Part shown: one piece after another, positions 1 through 12,001 of the stretch
How positions within the stretch are numbered: the stretch's first letter is position 1
Layout: every line of letters begins with the position of its first letter
Assembly: GCA_964187785.1 (NCBI GenBank)
Contig: OZ076409.1
Coordinates: 10,480,001-10,544,000 of the forward strand
From: Amphiscolops sp. MND2022
Taxonomy: Eukaryota
DNA: 64,000 nucleotides
Direction of reading: 5' to 3'
Notes under the pieces: model-generated
The model's database searches: none
The model's input: the letters and a program-made list of their open reading frames with translations, nothing else
Told to the model about the DNA's origin: nothing
Position numbers and translations under genes: made by a program

Positions 1-1340
1 ACGAAATTTTGTCCGCTACACTCCTGCAAGGTTCACCTCCCGTAAAAGGAGTTCGGGGAACTCGGGAAATGCTTAGGGCTCCCGCAATATGCCCTCAGGG
101 GTTCCCAGGGGGAGTCCGACCTCCAGTCGTTCCAGTGAGGACTTAAGAAATTTTCGACCTTAGCACGTTTCGGGAAGGTCGAAAACACTTCCAACAGTAG
201 TATCAAGCTCAAATTTACACATGCGGTAGGTATCTACCCACAAGCTCCCAAAGTAAGCCTGGATTCACGCTAGGGGCGTGTGGAGACCAGTGCGGAACGT
301 TTACAACACTCTCACTATTTTCTCAGACTACGTAAGAAAAAACACAAGTGGCTCGTACTCGTCACTCAACAGTCGGATCTGGCTCAAATATAGCCAGGGG
401 ATCCTACACACACGTAGGTACACGATGGTGAACGCCGATTTGAGTTTCTTGACTTGTGCGTACTTTTCCCTGGGTACAGACGAGCGGTACTCCCGTGTAT
501 CAGTTGGGGGTCAAAATGCACTCTAATCACACAATTTCTGAGCACTGGTTGCAGTCAGCAGTCTGGTTTTTTTGCTAGCAGTGTGCCAACTAGTACCAAT
601 TACGTTGGTAAGTGGTAATCTGTCCTCACTCTCAAGTTAGGTTGTTCGGGGCTTTCAAAAAAAACTTTGCAAAATGGCCTTTTTGCACCCCTTTTTGAGC
701 GGTACTTTTCGTGCTATTTCTCGACGACTATCGTATCAACCGAAACAAAACTTGGCACGCGTTGCCAGTGGGCACCTACAATGCCGGTTTGATAGTCCAA
801 TTGAAGCGCCTTGGCTTATTTGGGACTTCGGCTAGGTACCGACACAATCTAAAAAAACCGGTCTTTTTTGACACTTTTTTCACAAATCGGCTAAGAGGGT
901 CGACACTACAAACGTTGCGGCAAGCTCAGTGGGTTTAAAGTGTTGCCCCACTGATCGCAGCACCGCCACCAACTACCAATTGGCCGTGCCCTTTCTGTGT
1001 AAGACACTGTTGTTCCTAAAGTTTTGGCTTTTTTCGGTTATTTCGGTGCTATCTGAGGTCGAAACGTCACAGAGTTTTTCTCGACTTTGGTGAAAGTTAT
1101 GTTCACCAAATTTTCGGTACCAGCGTTTATTTTAGTGGTGGTTACGAAAAAGTAACCACTTCTTGGCTAGGGTTCAGGGATATATGACCCGACCCTAACA
1201 AATAGACAATCCGGTTTTGTGGAAATTCAGTCAATTTCAGTGCGTTTTTCCACTTTTCTCAACACTGAGTGGGAATTTTTGCACGCAGTTTTTACCACAG
1301 TGCGTTATTTTTATTGTAAAAACAGAAAAAGAGAGCGCAT
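1..1340. repeat. Direct repeat, copy 1 (partial tandem duplication unit, period about 2.67 kb)
   Basis: Near-identical to 2669-4006; the ORF track shows the same spurious ORFs twice (278..526 and 2946..3194). Confidence 0.95.
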
Positions 1341-1554
1341 GTAAGTAAAGAGTAAATGTTGGTGCCGGCGGTAGCGATACGCTACTAAGTGGGTTGGGTG
1401 CGCACACGCGCACTTTGTTGGTCTTCTTGCCTGTCGGTGGCGGTTAAGATAATTTGGGTTCAGACTTAGGGCTCGTTTTCAACGTGATCAGCTGATTGGG
1501 AGTGCCTATAGGCACGGTCTTGCTGGTGGATGCGTTGGGTTCGGCGGCCTTGGG

Positions 1555-2583
1555 TTACTTATCGACAGGTGCCGCCGTGCGGGACGCAACGCTCAGGGTA
1601 TGCATCTGGTTGTTAAGCTCCGCCATCTGGACTTCCATGCGCAGTTCGCGTTGGAGGAGCATGTCTTTCATCTCTTCCAGACAATACCTCAAGGCGTCAA
1701 CCTTGGCTGCATGCACTATTGTCTGTTGGGTGGCAGCCCTCAGGCTATCCTTTACCGAGCTCTGCATAGCCTCCAGTTCCGCAGTGATAGCTTGGTGTTA
1801 TTCATTGCACTCAACGCGGGTGTCGGCTAAACGTGCCAAGGCCCGCTGGGCTTCGGCTTCCGCCTTGGGCATCGCGGTCCTTGCTGCTGCTGCCTCCTCA
1901 ACGGCTCTGTACGCCGCGGAACGTCGTGAAGAGGTGCTCGACGTGGTGCCATCGCGATAAGAAGAGGCACTGTCACGGGCCAATTCTTCTTGCACGCACA
2001 ATGTGGGAGGGCGTGTCTTCTGTTTGCCAGCGCTTTTGGCTCGGCTTGCCTCGAGGCGGTATTTAGCATAGTTCATGCCACCTACGTAGGTCATATTCTC
2101 TAAGACCGCCGCAGTGTCGTTACTGGCTGGAATATCATCGTCTCGGGGTGCTCTCGAGCACCCATCACGCGTAAGGGTCATCTGCGCTGCCGTTTGATTT
2201 GAGTTGGGCTAGAACCCCGCGGTTTGAGGCGACACCAATTGACCCCGATTGTCTTGGATCCACTGTCTCGTGCGGATAAGCTCATTGGATACGGGCGAAT
2301 CCCCACGATTGAGAGTCATGGCATTCTGCTCCTCTCGTCGCTGTTGATCGGCAGTTACGCAATCACTCATTGCTTCTTAAAAGGAAGAACCGGTTACCAA
2401 GGAATCCACAGAGGGCCACGCCGTTAGGCTCAGTTCGCTAGTAGTGCTAGAGTCCTCTCGTTGGATTGAGCTCCTTTCTTGCGCATCATCCATGTCCACT
2501 GCATTGCTGGTACTGGACTCGCTAGTCCTCGACACCCCGCGCGTGAGCAGCTTGGCAATGGCCGCTACACCGGTCCAGAACAT
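1555..2583 (-). pseudogene. Disrupted gag-like/unknown ORF of family X (coiled-coil-like C-terminal part)
   Basis: Track ORFs 2377..2583, 1798..2181 and 1555..1767 are in one frame, split by stops. It is homologous to the open ORF at 63254+: WPSVDS/WPTDDS, AGF*PNSNQT/AGTWPNSNRT, MTYVGGMNYAK/MSYVGGMNYAK, SAAYR/SSAYR. Confidence 0.75.
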
Positions 2584-2668
2584 GATGTGTCAATCGAACG
2601 ACCGCGCAGTGATTTGAATCGACGTACCGATGACGTCCAATCCGTCAACCGATAAGCTATGCGGTCAC

Positions 2669-4006
2669 ACGAAATTTTGTCCGCTACACTCCTGCAAGGT
2701 TCACCTCCCGTAACAGGAATTCCGGGAACTCGGGAAATGCTTAGGGCTCCCGGAATATGCCCTCAGGGGTTCCCAGGGGGAGTCCGACCTCCAGTCGTTC
2801 CGGTGAGGACTTAAGAAATTTTCGACCTTAGCACGTTTCGGGAAGGTCGAAAACACTTCCAACAGTAGTATCAAGCTCAAATTTACACATGCGGTAGGTA
2901 TTCACCCACAAGCTCCCAAAGTATGCCTGGATTCACGCTAGGGGCGTGTGGAGACCAGTGCGGAACGTTTACATCACTCTCACTCTTTTCTCAGACTACG
3001 TAAGAAAAAACACAAGGGGCTCGTACTCGTCACTCAACAGTCGGATCTGGCTCAAATATAGCCAGGGGATCTTACACACACGTAGGTACACGATGGTGAA
3101 CGCCGATTTGGGTTTCTTGACTTGTGCGCACTTTTCCCTGGGTACAGACGAGCGGTACTCCCGTGTATCAGTTGGGGGTCAAAATGCACCCTAATCACAC
3201 AATTTTTGAGCACTGGTTGCAGTCAGCAGTCTGGTTTTTTTGCTAGCAGTGTGCCAACTAGTACCAATTACGTTGGTAAGTGGTAATCTGTCCTCACTCT
3301 CAAGTTATGTTGTTTGGGGCTTTCAAAAAAAGACTTTGCAAAATGGCCTTTTTGCACCCCTTTTTGAGCGGTACTTTCGTGCTATTTCTCGACGACTATC
3401 GTATCAACCGAAACAAAACTTGGCACGCGTTGCCAGTGGGCACCTACAATGCCGGTTTGATAGTCCAATTGAAGCGCCTTGGCTTATTTGGGACTTCGGC
3501 TAGGTACCGACACAATCTAAAAAACCGGTCTTTTTTGACACTTTTTTCACAAATCGGCTAAGAGGGTCGACACTACAAATGTTACGGCAGGCTCAGTCGG
3601 TTTAAAGTGTTGCCCCACTGGTCGCAGCACCACCACCAACTACCAATTGGCCGTGCCCTTTCTGTGTAAGACACTGTTGGTCCTAAAGTTTTGGCTTTTT
3701 CGGTTATTTCGGTGCTATCTGAGGTCGAAACGTCAGAGAGTTTTTCTCGACTTTGGTGAAAGTTATGTTCACCAAATTTTCGGTAACAGCGTTTATTTTA
3801 GTGGTGGTTACGAAAAAGCAACCACTTCTTCGCTAGGGTTCAGGGATATATGACCCGACCCTAACAAATAGACAATCCGGTTTAGTGGAAATTCAGTCAA
3901 TTTCAGTGCGTTTTTCCACTTTTCTCAACACTGAGTGGGAATTTTTGCACGCGGTTTTCACCACAGTGCGTTATTTTTATTGTAAAAACAGAAAAAGAGA
4001 GGGCAT
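2669..4006. repeat. Direct repeat, copy 2
   Basis: ACGAAATTTTGTCCGCTACAC at 2669 matches position 1; identity continues to ...AACAGAAAAAGAGAG near 4001. Confidence 0.95.
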
Positions 4007-6148
4007 AGGATCCTAGCTAACAAAAAGACGGAGTGCCCGGTGGTTTAAATTGTGTACTCAGACACTCCTGAAACTAACTAAAAATCAAGGTTTTTCAACT
4101 TTTCTCAGCACTGAAAAGGGATTTTTGCACGCGGTTTGCACCACAATGCGTTATTTTTATTACACAAACAGAAAATGTGAGCGCTTGGGCTCGCAGAAAT
4201 AATTAAGGGTTAAGTTCAATAGCTTTTTAACGCTACGTTCAACTAGGCCACAAACGGCCAAAATTGCAAGATTTTCGCTTTCTTGCTGCTTCTATACCAG
4301 ACGAACAGTTACTGAAAGTTATTTCCGGTACCCTAGGGTTGTGACTCGCTCGAGAAACCACTTTACAGGGGTACCCCAGGCTTCTACACCTAGTCACTAT
4401 GGTGTTTTTAGGGTGTTTTTCACCCTTTTTCTCACTTTTCGCACTTTTTCACTAGAAATTCCAACATTTTCACCTAAAAGGGGCAACGGGAACGCTTGCC
4501 CGTTATTTTTCCCTGCTCCCTCAGGCTTCGAGGCAACTTTTGCAATCATTCTGGCAGGGCTACGTTGGACTTACGGAGCACTCGTGCTCCAACCAAGGAA
4601 AACACTCAAAAACACGAAATTTCGCTGTTTTTTTTGAAAATCTCTGTTTTCTTCGCTCAAAAGCGTTCCATAGGGTGTTGTTACATCGTCAAAAAGTGTG
4701 ACTGACCTGTACCAATGATTCCCCATGAAAAAAGACGCAATTTCAAAATTTTCAGGAACCATGACCTATCTGAACGACACATCTGGTCAAAGGGGGTGTA
4801 CCTTTGCCACGCAATTTCTCCACATCCAGACCAGTTAGAGACTTGCGGTTTAGACCGTTAGTTTTGTCAGGGGTTGTACTAGTTGTCCACCAAATTTCAT
4901 CTCTCACGGACGTCTCCACGAGAAATGGGTAGCGGCGAACCATAGCACTCAATTTCACCTCCCCGTCGCTCGGGTGGAGTATGGATTTTCCACCATCGGT
5001 ACCTGTCTTGCATAGCTCAAAAAGCTGAAAAAGGCTACAAAAACCGGTTAAACACCCGTAGTCACGTGCTACGGTAGCCATAACCTGCAAAGCATGTATT
5101 CGCTGATGGGCTAACAACATGACATCACACAACATGCATTTACGTGTTTTTCAACCTCAAAAATGCCATTTTCACACCACCTGAAAACGCATTTTTTTTC
5201 GGGTTTTTCTGGGCTTTCTTCGTTCCAGCTGCTAGGAATACGCATAAACGTTAAAATAAAGGAAAACTCTGGCTTCTCCCACAGAGTCGAAACTGTCTTG
5301 GCGCTAAACACCAGAGGGTCAGAAATTTTAATAACCATGCAGGAAAGCTTCCCAAAGACGATCCCTCTGTGGTCGCCAAAAAATGAAGTTCCATGTAACG
5401 GCAAGCGCTAAGCGTTTGGGGCGAAACATTGGAGTGGAGGAACTGACACTATGGATATGGTCCGGGACAAACCACCATAGCACCAGCTCACTTTGTCCTC
5501 CTGTGGGTAGCCGGTCCCGAGGAGGGGGAACCGTCCTAAGGGATGCTCTGTGACCTGTTCCAGTCTTTAACTGCTGAGAATAACGGACATTAGGCTTTTT
5601 CTCTTCATAACCACCGTCTAAACAACCTATAAAAATGGGGCTAGTTGCATAGAACTCAATTGAATCGTCCAGAATCGTAAATAGCATCAAAAGCTCTCGA
5701 ATAACAAATTAATCAAACAAATCATTAAAACAGCCTCATAAAAGAGTCAAATCCAGTTTTTGGCGAGCGGTTGAGTCTGGGTGGCATAGCACCGGCGGTT
5801 CTTGGGCTGATCACAACCCTGGGTCCGGGAATGGCAATTATTTCAGCATGTGGGTGGTCTGGCACGATACACTTTCATCTCGTCGGCGTGGGTTTTCTCG
5901 AAGTTTATCGCATAGGCTAGGCTCTCGAGCCGTTTGGCAGGTCCATTTTACACTTTTTCGGTTCTCTCCGCTTCGCGGGGTCTGCTCTCTCAGCTTTCTA
6001 TGCTTTCCTAGGCAGGTACTTCGAGAGAAAACCATGTTTGAGTGCCACGTCATCCTTGAACGAATTTTTCAGCAAATTTCGAAAATTTCGAAAATCGTCG
6101 TTGATCACAGGATGCCGTTACAGACTATATTATCCTAATTTTCTTTTT

Positions 6149-6330
6149 ATGGCTCCAGGCTGATCATAGACTGAACCATATATGGCCCAGAATATGGTCA
6201 GGCTGGAACCATAAACTTTGATTTTTTATGGTTCCAGGCTGATCATAAACTGGACCATATATGTCCAGAGTATGGTCATCCTGGAACCATAAACCTTTAT
6301 GGTCCAGAGTATGATCAGCCTGGAATCATA
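6149..6330. repeat. Minisatellite-like repeat (about 78-bp unit with internal inverted sub-repeats)
   Basis: Recurrent CCAGGCTGATCATA..., ATGGTCA..CTGGAACCATAAAC and the inverted ATGATCAGCCTGG. Confidence 0.7.
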
Positions 6331-6751
6331 CTGTGAGTCTGATGGCAGAGTATGTTTGACCTGTTTTTGTATGGGAGGGAAACCCGGGTTTGCTGACGTT
6401 TTTACTTCTATTGCAAAATTCACAATTGGCAAACTTCAGGGAAATAGATTGAGACTTGACTTCTTTTCGAAATTTTGTATTCATTTTGAAATTCAATTTG
6501 AACTCGAAAAGTGGATAGGCGTAGTATAGTTTATGTTTTTTTATTAGATGTTTTGTTAGATTAGAATTTTTGTACCCGCGACAGTTTCTGGAAGCTTTGG
6601 ATTTATATTCACTCAATTCAAGCTATGCAGTGACGTTTTTTAGTATGCTACCGTAACTTGCTTTTCGCTGGAACTTTGGAACAAGATGTTAGCAAGCTTC
6701 TATTATCTGAAAATCACGGGATTTTGATATTCACACTGGTCCAAGCTTAAC

Positions 6752-7181
6752 CTAGAAGGAACTCGTTCAAATCCAGAGCAAAATATTCGTGAGCTTCAGA
6801 GCTGATTAGAAACATAGGTCCATGAATCCCCTGGATTGAACTTTGACTGTCGTTGAAACCATCATTACCCAACATTGCTTCTTTGAGGAACTGAATTGTG
6901 TCATTGAATTCGGAATTATTGTCTTTCAAAATTTTTCGACCATCCAAAAAGTTATCGTTACAAATCTTGATATTAACAGGAATGTCATAATATCTTTTGT
7001 CAATATAAGTTGTTGCTGTGACCGGGTTCTGTTCGTTGTAATCTTCAAAGACCCCGGTGAATAATTAAAGAAGCAACAGGGAGCATATGAACCAAACAAT
7101 GAAACGAACAAAGTTTGTTAATCGACAAAATTCGAAGTGCTGTATATATGGAAATGTGAAGCATGCCGAGGATAAAGACAT
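6752..7181 (-). pseudogene. DEG/ENaC-family paralog, exon 1 with premature stop
   Basis: 430-nt copy of exon 58547-58118 with the same ATG context and a retained GT donor. TAT(Y) is replaced by TAA in TM1 (CTT CTT TAA TTA TTC). Upstream flank to about 7760 also resembles 58550-59520. Exons 2-3 are not in the window. Confidence 0.85.
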
Positions 7182-9786
7182 GATTGATTTTATTAGGTAT
7201 AATAATAATATTAGGTAAAAATTAGAGGAAGTTTGTATCTTCAACAGGCTGAATTAGTCGGAATTCTTTTCATTCGAAAACTTCGGCCGTTCAATTGTCA
7301 AATTCCAAAATTCTTCGCAGATTGATGTCCAGGTAGCACTGTTCCGTAGGCACGCCACTTCTCAGGTTAAATCTCCTGGGTTCGAATCTCGCCAAGAATA
7401 CATAATATTTTTGAATATTTTATCTCAGAGGTACATTATTTTCTACTGTAACGTCGAATATAACGTAAATAGTTCAGATATAGCTAATTTTCCTCCTATA
7501 GCTGACACGAATTTCCCAATTTTATACTCAAAAGACAAAAGCTTTGATGAAAAACTAAAAGACGTAAAAAGGTTCGCAGCAACTTTATTTGCTAACATGG
7601 TATCTTTTCTGTTAACCCCCCTCTGGTTTTGTACAATTTCTAGTTATTTCAGGTCTTTTCCGCGTTGACAACCAAGGGAAACCTATCGGTCATTAGTGTG
7701 AATCTCATCACAGCACTTATTCAAATGGCTAAAACTCTTACGGAAATTGTTTGTGCGAAGTTTTTCTCAATCTTACTCTGAATTGCCCACTTTTTACAAT
7801 TTTCATGATTCATGAATTTTAGCAAGCAAATTTATAAATAATTGCACAAAAATTTACAACGTTTTCTTACATCATCTAAGAAACTCAACGGGCCAAAACC
7901 TTTACAGTATTTTCGGCTCTGTGAGACTTTTTTTCGAAAATTTTCAAATGTTACCAAAAGGTTCCTATTTGCTGCTTTTTGTAATCATAAGCCACTTTTT
8001 GTGTCCAAAGGGTCCACTTTCGGGTTTTTGGGTACTGTGTGACTTTCCACAATGTTCTTGAAAAACACTCTGAAGCGTATTAAGTGTAATAAATATTGAC
8101 TGTTACGAACGAATCCGGGCGTGGCAGACCCAACTGGCCAATTGGTGGTCGCTCTATTAATCTTAGGGGGCGTAGCAGTCGTCACCCCAGGAAGCAACGT
8201 CCTTCCAAGAGATAGCGCGGCTGGTCGCTTTGAGGGTTTTTAGAGCTCGAGTGGCACCGTTTTGCGTCCCAATTTTACACGCAGGGGGTCGGCATACTGT
8301 TTGGACCAACTTATCCAAACTTTTGACGGTATATCCGAAGTAACTTCCGTTTTACCGAATAAGAAGTTGATATTCTGTGTAGTGTCTTTTGTTAATCAAT
8401 TGAAGGCGGAAAATACCCCGGTGCATTGCGGGCGTCTTGTTTTGCAGAAGGTGTATTTGCTCTGCAAAATGGAAGGAAATGTATTCCTTAGTTCTGCAAA
8501 CGGATTCATGAGATTTCACTGCTTCTAGCAATAGATCAGCTTCTCCTCGATGAATCATGCAACTATTCATGGATCCAAATAACTGTGAAAATTAGAAAGA
8601 AACTTTCAATAATACTGTCAACTTTTAAGCACAAGTGAAAAACTGTGTCGCAACTCGCTTCAGGTCACTGTTTCGCATGGTGCTCTGGCATACCGGGTAT
8701 ACCGAGCGTCACTCAGAAAAACTAGTAACTGGTGTTTCTATTTTTACGGACCAATAACGTCGCTCCTTTAGATGAGATTTTTGCGCTCGCTCCAACAACA
8801 GTAATTTTCTTATGACGTCATTAGCTAAATAAATGAAAATGGCTTCCTACCCGCTCCGCATTCGCTACGCGAACTGCTACTCGGCTATAGCGAATCCTAA
8901 TACGTACGGAGCAGTTATGGAACGGATTGTAAAATTGTAACGACGAAATGAATTTCTGAATTATGTCTAAAGTGATTTCTTCAAGAATCGAGGCATTAAA
9001 AGAATTTTAGAAATTGGATTTTATATATTGAAAGCTGTACTGTAAGGAAGGATTAAAATCGCAATCTTAGCATTTAATGACTAAATTTGTAATCAATTTC
9101 ATACTCAACTGATCATGGTCAAATTACGTTCATGTCACGTTGCAAATTCTTTTTTTTTTCGAAGTATAATATCGAAACATCGTAGTTCTAGTATAGTACA
9201 CATTTCTTATAGAGACAAAAGCAACGTACGGTCTCCGTATTCACCACTAATGATTTGGAAGATGTACTGTTTCGTCATAACAACGAGTTGTTTCTGTTGC
9301 TATCATGTCGTGTCTGAAGTTATATAAATTGGTTTCCGTTGCAATTGGGCTGTATTCTAAATTAGTACAAAGTTCATAGCACAGCAAGTGAATTGGATAG
9401 TTTGTTGATGTATGAATTTGTAATTTGTGTTTTGTAGCATTTTTATGATCTTTGATTTGCGTTATTCTAGCATCACTTATTCCCTTCCACATTTCATACA
9501 TTGAGTTTTTGATCTCAAAGTATTTGTTCCATTCCAACCGCGTCATTATTTTTGAGTGTCATACTTTTGTCTTGAAATTCAAAGTTCCCAACTTGAAGAA
9601 TGACTAAGTGATCACGCCGGCATACCTTGGTTGATGAAATTATTGAGCGAACCTTCATGTTGCCGCCATTTCAAGACTAAACAGGAAATGTGCTAGCATG
9701 AACAAAAATGATATCAACAAGTGTTACAGAAAGCTAGCGGAACTAGAAATTTAGATACTTGACTTTATGACGCGGTACTGAAATGG

Positions 9787-9986
9787 NNNNNNNNNNNNNN
9801 NNNNNNNNNNNNNNNNNNNNNNNNNNNNNNNNNNNNNNNNNNNNNNNNNNNNNNNNNNNNNNNNNNNNNNNNNNNNNNNNNNNNNNNNNNNNNNNNNNNN
9901 NNNNNNNNNNNNNNNNNNNNNNNNNNNNNNNNNNNNNNNNNNNNNNNNNNNNNNNNNNNNNNNNNNNNNNNNNNNNNNNNNNNNNN
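9787..9986. other. Assembly gap (200 N)
   Basis: Run of N. Confidence 1.
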
Positions 9987-10089
9987 CTCTGCTTTTTCAT
10001 ATCTTGAAATCTAAAAGTTCGCCCACCAGATGAGGTCGTGTATACTTTTCTCTTCCCTATTTTAGTTGACTTTGCTTTCCCGCCAAAAA

Positions 10090-10323
10090 TCAGTGACTTT
10101 TCTAGCAGGCCATGGCGAAATTTACCACCGACATGGGTGATCCACATGGCGACCCGCAGACCAGCCCACAACACGCCGATCCACATGGACTTGGGGCCTT
10201 TTTAAAGAAAACCATGCAAGAAGTCCATGTGGATCGACGTGTTGTGGGCTGGTCTGCGCATCGCTATGTGGACCACCCATGTGGGTGGCCATTTTCGCCA
10301 TGGCTTGCTAGAAAAGCCACTGA
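10090..10323. repeat. Long inverted repeat (about 100-bp arms, 28-nt loop), foldback/MITE-like
   Basis: 10090-10192 (TCAGTGACTTTTCTAGC...CCACATGGACTT) is the imperfect reverse complement of 10221-10323 (AAGTCCATGTGG...GCTAGAAAAGCCACTGA). Confidence 0.85.
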
Positions 10324-10596
10324 AAAAAGCAAGGATCGAAAGGAGCATTGCGGAGTGGCAATGTTACCTTGGAAAAGTCACACTTCTCAAGGCAACACCT
10401 CAGATGTTTGGGAACGCTTCGACCAGGGGCCACTCTGAAACTCCAGGCAGATCCTGTGGAAAGTCCTCACAGCCATGCGTGGCATAAGTCATGCTGTCGC
10501 GCCAATCCCCAAGCGCCCAATACTCACAAATTAATTTAGCGAGGCGCCGCCTCCTTAAAAGAGCCTTACAAAATGTACATGCCTCAAGGAGAATGA

Positions 10597-10765
10597 AAAG
10601 GGACAAGCCAAAAGGGGCAAATGGAGCCAAATTCACAGTTGTTTTTGCGCAGATATTTGCTGATATCGGCATTTAGAGGTGCAGATTTTCACAGACAACC
10701 ACAGGAAGCCAGAAAACCACCGAAATGCGCAGAAGAGACCTGTTTGTCCCATATTGGCTTATTTT
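10597..10765. mobile_element. MITE-like element, degenerate copy
   Basis: AAAGGGACAAGCC...TGTTTGTCCC, homologous to 11640-11852. Confidence 0.55.
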
Positions 10766-10845
10766 GCCCATTATCACTCATCCGGGAATCATCCCTAGTA
10801 TGGTGATTGTGTGTTTTCAGCTACAGCCCACCCAGCCTTGACTCA

Positions 10846-11193
10846 GCCCCCCCACCACCGCTTCCCCTTCCCAGGGAGTCGATTTTGAGTCGTTTTTTTT
10901 TTTGCGGTCGAAGTCAGATCGATTGAGAGTCGATTTTGAGTTGTTTTTTGAGTCGCAACTTGAAATCAGCTCTCCATGGAACCGAATCAGAAGTCCATTT
11001 CTTGTCCTCTGGAGAGTCGATTCTGTCCTCTGCTGTGAATTCATTGAGAATTGTGGCTGTCCATTTTCACGTTTTTGGACGACCGCTTCTCCGACTGACC
11101 GCTTCAGCGTCCTTTTGGCGCACCCCCATCATCGAAAATGACTGCCCGAGAAAAGACTCAAAATCGACTTGTCGGGAGGGGGTGGTGGGGGGA
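10846..11193. mobile_element. MITE-like element with terminal inverted repeats
   Basis: CCCCCCACCACC...GAGTCGATTTTGAGTC at the left and GACTCAAAATCGACT...GGTGGTGGGGGG at the right; internal GAGTCGATT repeats. Confidence 0.6.
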
Positions 11194-11639
11194 TGAGTTG
11201 GGGGGCTTGTAGCTGTGAAACAAATTAACAACCCTAATGCCCATGCAAGGCAAAGAGTAGCCTGAAGAGATTCTCTGAGCTTGCCCAGTGAGAGAGATCT
11301 GAAGCGCCTCAACTAAGAGCTGCTTTATTGGGGAAGGGGATGAGGACAGCAACTTTTCACTTTTCAGAGTCCGGCGTTTCACTGCATCGCCCGGACCTCT
11401 TCACTGAATTGCCTTTCCTGTCGAAATCCTTACCAAACCGCCCATTCACTGAATTGCCCCCCTTTTCACTGAAAAGCCCTTTTTTCACTGAAAAGTGTTT
11501 CGTCGCGTCCCCTTCCCAAAAATCGGCTCAAATAAACCCGAAATTCCTCAATAAATGAAAAATTTCCCCCAAAAGTGCCCACCCCCAATTCAAAATAACA
11601 AAAAATAGTTTATACTAAAAAATCCTCAAAGCTCAGGGA

Positions 11640-11852
11640 AAAGGGACAAACTAAAAGGGACAAACCGAGCCAAATTCGCAGTTTTATACAAATTTTCGCA
11701 GATTTTTGGTACTTTTTGCTTTTCCTAGAATTTGCAGCATTGGGAGGCGCAGATTTCGCAGAAAATTGCAGGAAACCGAAGATTTCGCAGAAAATTGCAG
11801 GAAACCTAAGCTTTTCGCAGAAACCCGTTTGTCCCATTTAGTTTGTCCCTCT
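11640..11852. mobile_element. MITE-like element (GGGACAAACT...AGTTTGTCCC TIR)
   Basis: Double GGGACAAAC at the left, double GTTTGTCCC at the right; internal tandem GATTTCGCAGAAAATTGCAGGAAACC x2. Confidence 0.65.
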
Positions 11853-12001
11853 TAATTCCTCCCTCAAACCCTATACATATACATTGTTCAGAGATAATCA
11901 ATCAATGGTTTTGTTCGAAAAGTCTCCGTTGTTGAAAGGTAAAAGATTTTTTCTTTGCAGAATTCATCCAAGTCCAAATATTTCCTGTTTTCTTGCATAA
12001 A

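Larger units (their letters stand above)
1..6122 (-). mobile_element. Unclassified large element, family X, left copy (probably LTR/5' region plus gag-like ORF of a retroelement); runs off the left edge
   Basis: Minus strand starts TGTAACGG at 6122. It is colinear with 60129-64000(+), which starts TGTAGCGA, at several anchors: TCATTTTTTGGCGACCACAGAGGGAT, 3720-3960 vs 62120-62350, and the YVGGMNYAK ORF. No PBS, pol or second terminus is visible. Confidence 0.6.

Noticed and set aside
1..4006. 1.34-kb direct repeats as the LTR pair of a small element
   Set aside because: No TG/CA termini, PBS or TSD at the visible ends; homology to the right-hand copy continues well beyond the repeat, so a tandem duplication fits better.
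9743..10186. ORFs spanning the N run
   Set aside because: Artefacts of the gap.
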